In this document: one piece after another, positions 58,121-64,000 of the stretch
Position numbering within the stretch: position 1 is the stretch's first letter
Layout: each line of letters opens with the position of its first letter
From: Escherichia coli
GTDB taxonomy: Bacteria; Pseudomonadota; Gammaproteobacteria; Enterobacterales; Enterobacteriaceae
Length of the DNA: 64,000 bases
Assembly: GCF_048403405.1 (NCBI RefSeq)
Contig: NZ_CP183129.1
Strand: one strand, 5' to 3'
Translations under genes and position numbers: made by a program
Notes under the pieces: model-generated
Database searches by the model: none
What the model saw: only the letters and a program-made list of their open reading frames with translations
What the model was told of the DNA's origin: nothing

Positions 58121-59209
58121 TTACACCATCGGCACTAATGAAAGCGCGTTATCGGCAGACAGGGTAGGGTTGTTTAAGCTGCCGCTGGCGCGTGAAATTG
58201 CCGCGCAGGCCATCGCAAAACGGGCGCTGTCACGGAAATTGTTTCCTTCCAGAAAGCTATATACCAGGCCCGCCATAAAACCATCGTCAGCACCAAAACT
58301 GTCTACTGTCGTATGCGCTGGTGCGGTCAGCAAAAATTGTTCTCCATCCTTTTCGCTGCAATAAACTGACTCATCGGGCAAATAAACAAACAGTTGCTGA
58401 ACGCCTTGCTGATGCAACGCATTCACTGCGGTATTACGGTCAGCATCGCTGGTGATCGCCTGTCCCCATAAAATTTCCAGCTCCGGTAAAGTGGGTTTCA
58501 GGGTGTGAATATGCGCCAGCCAGTGTTTGATTTTGCCCGCTTTGAATTCTGAAACGGTATCGACAAACACCGGGATTTCATCAGCGAGGGTAAAGACCCA
58601 CTCCAGCGCCTCGGCTGTCAGGTTGCAATCAGCCAGTACCACGCCCGCATGACGAAGTAAATCGCGCGACCCGTTCAGTAGTTGCGGTGTCAACTGTTCC
58701 AGCAGATGGGTATCGTTAATCGCCAGCACGGTTTGATCGTCTCGATTGGCAATTGCCAGATACGTCGATGTGCTTTGACCATGTAAACGAACGCAGCCGG
58801 AGACATTCACGCCGGCGCGGCGCGTTTCTTCCAGGAGCATTTCGCCATAAAAGTCATCGCCAATCACTGAAAGCAAATGGACGTCGCGGCCTAACAGCGC
58901 CAGATTGTGGGCGATATTGCGTCCAACGCCGCCTGCCGAGCAATGAATTGTACCGGGATGAGAAGCCGCTTGCGGGTAACGGATATCCGCCATCCCGCGA
59001 ATATCCATATTGATTGTCCCCACCACTACGCAGTATTCCTGCTCGGTGAGAATGTAACCTTTGCCTTTAATCCGACCTTTGCGCATTAAATCCATAATAT
59101 GCGCCGCAACGCGCGAACGGCTGATTTGCAGCATATCAGCAATTTCGTTCTGCTGAATCAGCGGGTTACGCCGTAAAATTGCAAGGATCTCCTTCTCCCG
59201 GTTGTTCAT
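58121..59209 (-). CDS. yeiI: PfkB-family sugar/nucleoside kinase with N-terminal HTH, YeiI
   Basis: 362 aa; N-terminal winged-helix (MNNREKEILAILRRNPLIQQNEIADML), C-terminal PfkB motif GADDGFMAG. Confidence 0.85.
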   Translation of the reverse strand: MNNREKEILAILRRNPLIQQNEIADMLQISRSRVAAHIMDLMRKGRIKGKGYILTEQEYCVVVGTINMDIRGMADIRYPQAASHPGTIHCSAGGVGRNIAHNLALLGRDVHLLSVIGDDFYGEMLLEETRRAGVNVSGCVRLHGQSTSTYLAIANRDDQTVLAINDTHLLEQLTPQLLNGSRDLLRHAGVVLADCNLTAEALEWVFTLADEIPVFVDTVSEFKAGKIKHWLAHIHTLKPTLPELEILWGQAITSDADRNTAVNALHQQGVQQLFVYLPDESVYCSEKDGEQFLLTAPAHTTVDSFGADDGFMAGLVYSFLEGNNFRDSARFAMACAAISRASGSLNNPTLSADNALSLVPMV

Positions 59210-59211
59210 CT

Positions 59212-60069
59212 TCAGGCTACCGCTTTTTCAGTTTGTTGCGCTTTCAGCCAGGCGATCTCTTCTGCCCAGATATCCGGGTTGATGGTTTCAAGGATCAGCG
59301 GAATGCCGTCGAAACGGTCGTCCTGCATGATCCAGCGGAACGCATCATGACCGATATTGCCTTCACCGAGGCTATGATGGCGGTCAACGCGGCTGCCAAA
59401 GGTGCTTTTCGCATCGTTAAGGTGCATCCCGCGCAGATACTTAAAGCCGACAATACGGGCAAAATCCGCGAACGTTTTCTCGCATTCGGCTGGAGTACGC
59501 AAATCATACCCGGCAGCAAAAGCATGGCAGGTATCAATGCAGACGCCGACGCGGGATTTATCTTCCACGCCGTCGATAATCGCCGCGAGATGTTCGAATT
59601 TAAACCCTAAGTTACTGCCCTGACCGGCGGTGTTTTCAATCACCGCTGTCACACCTTGAGTTTTATCCAGCGCAATGTTGATGGATTCGGCAATACGCGC
59701 AAGGCAATCCTCTTCTGAAATCTGCATCAGATGGCTGCCAGGGTGGAAGTTGAGCAAAGAAAGCCCCAGCTGTTCGCAACGCTGCATTTCATCTATAAAC
59801 GCATCGCGCGATTTTTCCAGAGCTTCAGCGACCGGATGTCCGAGGTTAATCAGATAACTGTCGTGGGGAAGAATTTGCGCCGATGTGTAGTGATATTTTT
59901 CACAGGCGGCTTTGAATTCATCGATGGTTTGCGTCGTGAGCGGTGCGGCACGCCACTGACGTTGGTTTTTGGTGAACAAGGCAAACGCGGTTGCGTCGAT
60001 TTCGGCGGCGCGAATTGCGGCATTTGCCAGACCGCCAGCAGCACTAACGTGCGCTCCAATGTATTTCAT
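59212..60069 (-). CDS. nfo: Endonuclease IV
   Basis: 285 aa, [14 protein letters not shown]...; AP-endonuclease TIM-barrel family. Confidence 0.95.
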   Translation of the reverse strand: MKYIGAHVSAAGGLANAAIRAAEIDATAFALFTKNQRQWRAAPLTTQTIDEFKAACEKYHYTSAQILPHDSYLINLGHPVAEALEKSRDAFIDEMQRCEQLGLSLLNFHPGSHLMQISEEDCLARIAESINIALDKTQGVTAVIENTAGQGSNLGFKFEHLAAIIDGVEDKSRVGVCIDTCHAFAAGYDLRTPAECEKTFADFARIVGFKYLRGMHLNDAKSTFGSRVDRHHSLGEGNIGHDAFRWIMQDDRFDGIPLILETINPDIWAEEIAWLKAQQTEKAVA

Positions 60070-60142
60070 GCGAGGACTCCTGTTAAACCCGCTGGAGGAA
60101 AACGGTAATGATAGCGGGTTAACAGGAGCAAGATGTAGTGGT

Positions 60143-61192
60143 TTATGCGATGACGCTTTGAATCACATAGTTAATCGCACCACCACCAACAATCAGCCAG
60201 GCAAACAGTACCAGTGCCATCAGCAGAGGTTTCGCCCCGGCTTTTTTCAGCGCGCTGACGTGAGTGGTCAGACCCAGCGCCGCCATCGCCATTGCCAGCA
60301 GGAAGGTATCCAGCGTTACCAGCATGTTCACCACGCTCTGCGGTAACAGGTGGAACGAGTTAAAGATGGCAACTACGATGAACAAGATGGCAAACCACGG
60401 AATAGTGATTTTGCTTTTCTCGCCGCTGTTCGCCCCAGACAGCTGTTTAACACGCGCCGCCAGCAGGATGAGGAACGGAGCCAGCATCATCACGCGCAGC
60501 ATTTTGGAAATAACTGCTGCGTTTTCTGCATCCGGGCTGATGGCATGACCTGCCGCCACCACCTGCGCCACTTCGTGCACAGTAGAACCAATGTAGATAC
60601 CGAAAGTTTCCGGACTAAACCATTGAGACATCAGCGGATATATCGCCGGGTAGAGGAAAATCGCGACGGTCCCGAAGATAACAACGGTTGCAACAGCCAC
60701 GGTTACTTTACTGGCTTCCGCTTTCACTACCGGCTCAGTCGCCAGTACCGCGGCAGCACCACAAATACTGCTACCGGCACCGATCAACCAGCTGGTGTGC
60801 TTATCCAGACCAAACACTTTCTGCCCCAGGAAGCAAGCCAGCAGGAAGGTACTGGACAGCGTCAGCACGTCAATGATGATCCCACTGATACCGACATCGG
60901 CAATTTGCGAGAACGTCAGACGGAAGCCATAAAGAATGATACCCAGACGTAATAAATATTGCTTGGCAAACAGCACACCACCGTCACAGCTTTTCCAGAT
61001 GTGCGGATAGATGGTGTTGCCTAAAACCATCCCCAACAAAATTGCGAGGGTGAGGGCACTAAACCCGGCACCCGCAACCGCGGGAATGGAACCACCCCAC
61101 AGGGCGACCCCGGTGATAACTGCACTCAGGGCTAACCCCGGAATAAAATGCCACAGTGTACGATGTTGTTTCTGTAAGGTGATATTCGTCAT
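60143..61192 (-). CDS. yeiH: UPF0324 inner membrane protein YeiH
   Basis: 349 aa, polytopic membrane protein. Confidence 0.85.
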   Translation of the reverse strand: MTNITLQKQHRTLWHFIPGLALSAVITGVALWGGSIPAVAGAGFSALTLAILLGMVLGNTIYPHIWKSCDGGVLFAKQYLLRLGIILYGFRLTFSQIADVGISGIIIDVLTLSSTFLLACFLGQKVFGLDKHTSWLIGAGSSICGAAAVLATEPVVKAEASKVTVAVATVVIFGTVAIFLYPAIYPLMSQWFSPETFGIYIGSTVHEVAQVVAAGHAISPDAENAAVISKMLRVMMLAPFLILLAARVKQLSGANSGEKSKITIPWFAILFIVVAIFNSFHLLPQSVVNMLVTLDTFLLAMAMAALGLTTHVSALKKAGAKPLLMALVLFAWLIVGGGAINYVIQSVIA

Positions 61193-61290
61193 AACCCTCT
61201 CCTTTAACCGGGCATAAGGTTACGACTAACTGGTTTAAAAATAAAATTGATTATATATTTATAATTAATCTTTATAAGTGGTAAGCGACT

Positions 61291-62172
61291 ATGCACATCA
61301 CCCTCCGGCAGTTGGAAGTTTTTGCAGAAGTATTGAAAAGTGGATCAACCACCCAGGCGTCGGTGATGCTGGCGTTGTCGCAATCAGCAGTGAGCGCAGC
61401 CTTGACCGACCTGGAAGGGCAGCTTGGCGTTCAACTGTTTGATCGCGTGGGGAAAAGACTGGTAGTTAATGAACACGGGCGACTGCTCTATCCGCGCGCG
61501 TTGGCACTGCTTGAACAGGCGATCGAAATCGAACAACTGTTTCGCGAAGACAACGGTGCGATTCGTATCTATGCCAGTAGTACCATCGGTAACTACATTC
61601 TGCCTGCAGTTATCGCCCGTTATCGCCATGATTATCCGCAGTTGCCGATTGAACTTAGCGTTGGGAACAGCCAGGACGTGATGCAAGCGGTGCTGGATTT
61701 CCGCGTTGATATTGGCTTTATTGAAGGACCGTGCCACAGCACTGAAATCATCTCAGAACCGTGGCTGGAAGACGAGCTGGTGGTTTTCGCCGCGCCGACT
61801 TCACCATTGGCTCGTGGACCTGTCACCTTAGAACAGCTGGCCGCTGCGCCGTGGATCCTGCGTGAACGCGGCTCCGGCACGCGGGAGATTGTCGATTATC
61901 TGTTGCTGTCACATTTACCGAAGTTTGAGATGGCGATGGAATTAGGTAACTCCGAGGCAATCAAACATGCGGTGCGTCATGGGTTGGGAATTAGTTGCCT
62001 GTCGCGGCGGGTGATTGAAGATCAATTGCAGGCAGGCACATTAAGTGAAGTTGCGGTCCCTCTGCCGCGCCTGATGCGTACGTTGTGGCGTATACATCAT
62101 CGGCAAAAACACCTTTCCAACGCGCTACGGCGCTTTCTGGACTATTGCGATCCCGCGAATGTACCGCGTTAA
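61291..62172 (+). CDS. yeiE: LysR-family transcriptional regulator YeiE
   Basis: 293 aa; N-terminal LysR HTH; divergent from yeiH. Confidence 0.85.
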   Translation: MHITLRQLEVFAEVLKSGSTTQASVMLALSQSAVSAALTDLEGQLGVQLFDRVGKRLVVNEHGRLLYPRALALLEQAIEIEQLFREDNGAIRIYASSTIGNYILPAVIARYRHDYPQLPIELSVGNSQDVMQAVLDFRVDIGFIEGPCHSTEIISEPWLEDELVVFAAPTSPLARGPVTLEQLAAAPWILRERGSGTREIVDYLLLSHLPKFEMAMELGNSEAIKHAVRHGLGISCLSRRVIEDQLQAGTLSEVAVPLPRLMRTLWRIHHRQKHLSNALRRFLDYCDPANVPR

Positions 62173-62376
62173 GTTGCTGTACAAGAACATGCTGGTGCTG
62201 TGTCGATTTCGTGACGCAGCGCCCTCAGCATGCATTCGCCAGAAAAGAGATTGGCTGCTTTACTTATAATCCCTGGGCGATCATGAAGGTGTCTTATAAC
62301 CGTGTATTTCTGCCGGAAGGATTGCCAATCGTCTGCTACAATCGCGCCTCATTTTTAAGATGGATAGCATTTTTGT

Positions 62377-63846
62377 ATGGGTTCCGAAACTAAAACTACA
62401 GAAGCGCCGGGCTTACGCCGTGAATTAAAGGCGCGTCACCTGACGATGATTGCCATTGGCGGTTCCATCGGTACAGGTCTTTTTGTTGCCTCTGGCGCAA
62501 CGATTTCTCAGGCAGGTCCGGGCGGGGCATTGCTCTCGTATATGTTGATTGGCCTGATGGTTTACTTCCTGATGACCAGTCTCGGTGAACTGGCTGCATA
62601 TATGCCGGTTTCCGGTTCGTTTGCCACTTATGGTCAGAACTATGTTGAAGAAGGCTTTGGCTTCGCGCTGGGCTGGAACTACTGGTACAACTGGGCGGTG
62701 ACTATCGCCGTTGACCTGGTTGCAGCTCAGCTGGTCATGAGCTGGTGGTTCCCGGATACACCGGGCTGGATCTGGAGTGCGCTGTTCCTCGGCGTTATCT
62801 TCCTGCTGAACTACATCTCAGTTCGCGGCTTTGGTGAAGCGGAATACTGGTTCTCACTGATCAAAGTCACGACAGTTATTGTCTTTATCATCGTTGGCGT
62901 GCTGATGATTATCGGTATCTTCAAAGGCGCGCAACCTGCGGGCTGGAGCAACTGGACAATCGGCGAAGCGCCGTTTGCTGGTGGTTTTGCGGCGATGATC
63001 GGCGTAGCTATGATTGTCGGCTTCTCTTTCCAGGGAACCGAGCTGATCGGTATTGCTGCAGGCGAGTCCGAAGATCCGGCGAAAAACATTCCACGCGCGG
63101 TACGTCAGGTGTTCTGGCGAATCCTGTTGTTCTATGTGTTCGCGATCCTGATTATCAGCCTGATTATTCCGTACACCGATCCGAGCCTGCTGCGTAACGA
63201 TGTTAAAGACATCAGCGTCAGTCCGTTCACCCTGGTATTCCAGCACGCGGGTCTGCTCTCTGCGGCGGCGGTGATGAACGCAGTTATTCTGACGGCGGTG
63301 CTGTCAGCGGGTAACTCCGGTATGTATGCGTCTACTCGTATGCTGTACACCTTGGCGTGTGACGGTAAAGCGCCGCGCATTTTCGCTAAACTGTCGCGTG
63401 GTGGCGTGCCGCGTAATGCGCTGTATGCGACGACGGTGATTGCCGGTCTGTGCTTCCTGACCTCCATGTTTGGCAACCAGACGGTATACCTGTGGCTGCT
63501 GAACACCTCCGGGATGACCGGTTTTATCGCCTGGCTGGGGATTGCCATTAGCCACTATCGCTTCCGTCGCGGTTACGTATTGCAGGGACACGACATTAAC
63601 GATCTGCCGTACCGTTCAGGTTTCTTCCCATTGGGGCCGATCTTCGCATTCATTCTGTGTCTGATTATCACTTTGGGCCAGAACTACGAAGCGTTCCTTA
63701 AAGATACCATTGACTGGGGCGGCGTAGCGGCAACGTATATTGGTATCCCGCTGTTCCTGATTATTTGGTTCGGCTACAAGCTGATTAAAGGAACTCACTT
63801 CGTACGTTACAGCGAAATGAAGTTCCCGCAGAACGATAAGAAATAA
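62377..63846 (+). CDS. lysP: Lysine-specific permease LysP (APC family)
   Basis: 489 aa, 12-TM amino acid permease. Confidence 0.95.
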   Translation: MGSETKTTEAPGLRRELKARHLTMIAIGGSIGTGLFVASGATISQAGPGGALLSYMLIGLMVYFLMTSLGELAAYMPVSGSFATYGQNYVEEGFGFALGWNYWYNWAVTIAVDLVAAQLVMSWWFPDTPGWIWSALFLGVIFLLNYISVRGFGEAEYWFSLIKVTTVIVFIIVGVLMIIGIFKGAQPAGWSNWTIGEAPFAGGFAAMIGVAMIVGFSFQGTELIGIAAGESEDPAKNIPRAVRQVFWRILLFYVFAILIISLIIPYTDPSLLRNDVKDISVSPFTLVFQHAGLLSAAAVMNAVILTAVLSAGNSGMYASTRMLYTLACDGKAPRIFAKLSRGGVPRNALYATTVIAGLCFLTSMFGNQTVYLWLLNTSGMTGFIAWLGIAISHYRFRRGYVLQGHDINDLPYRSGFFPLGPIFAFILCLIITLGQNYEAFLKDTIDWGGVAATYIGIPLFLIIWFGYKLIKGTHFVRYSEMKFPQNDKK

Positions 63847-63863
63847 GTTTCCTCCCTTCCTTG

Positions 63864-63893
63864 CTAAGCCCTCTCAACCGAGAGGGCTTTTTC
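63864..63893 (+). terminator. Rho-independent terminator of lysP
   Basis: aagccctctcaaccgagagggcttttt. Confidence 0.75.
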
Positions 63894-64000
63894 AATTCCA
63901 TTTCCCTGACAAATCATGCGGATATAAAATTTAACATTTGGATTGATAATTGTTATCGTTTGCATTATCGTTACGCCGCAATCAAAAAAGGCTGACAAAT

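Overview
This window reads as an ordinary, contiguous stretch of Escherichia coli core chromosome, collinear with the K-12 ompC-to-lysP region (about 49-50 min) but presented in the opposite orientation to MG1655. Gene order: ompC, apbE, ada-alkB, yojI, mqo, eco, napFDAGHBC-ccmABCDEFGH, narP, yejO, proL tRNA, yejM, yejL, yejK, rplY, radD(yejH), rsuA, bcr, yejG, yejFEBA, rtn(pdeN), mepS(spr), lpxT, yeiR, yeiQ, yeiP, yeiW, setB, fruBKA, psuKGT, yeiL, rihB, nupX, yeiI, nfo, yeiH, yeiE, lysP. Gene identities come from my recognition of the translated ORFs and their motifs; no database search was run. I found no CRISPR array, IS element, integrase, prophage or inserted accessory island, and no previously undescribed system; every intergenic gap is short (under about 430 bp) and consistent with promoters and terminators. 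The points worth a second look are strain-level lesions and small non-coding elements: (1) ompC carries an in-frame TAG at codon 222 inside a surface-loop region; (2) radD/yejH is split into two ORFs by a 1-bp loss in a G/A homopolymer; (3) yejO is an intact 863-aa autotransporter, whereas I recall it as IS5-disrupted in MG1655; (4) psuT and nupX are near-identical same-strand paralogs that share a conserved leader hairpin; (5) a GGGCAGA-type hairpin motif recurs around the fru/psu locus, and an 18-bp tandem repeat sits upstream of psuK.
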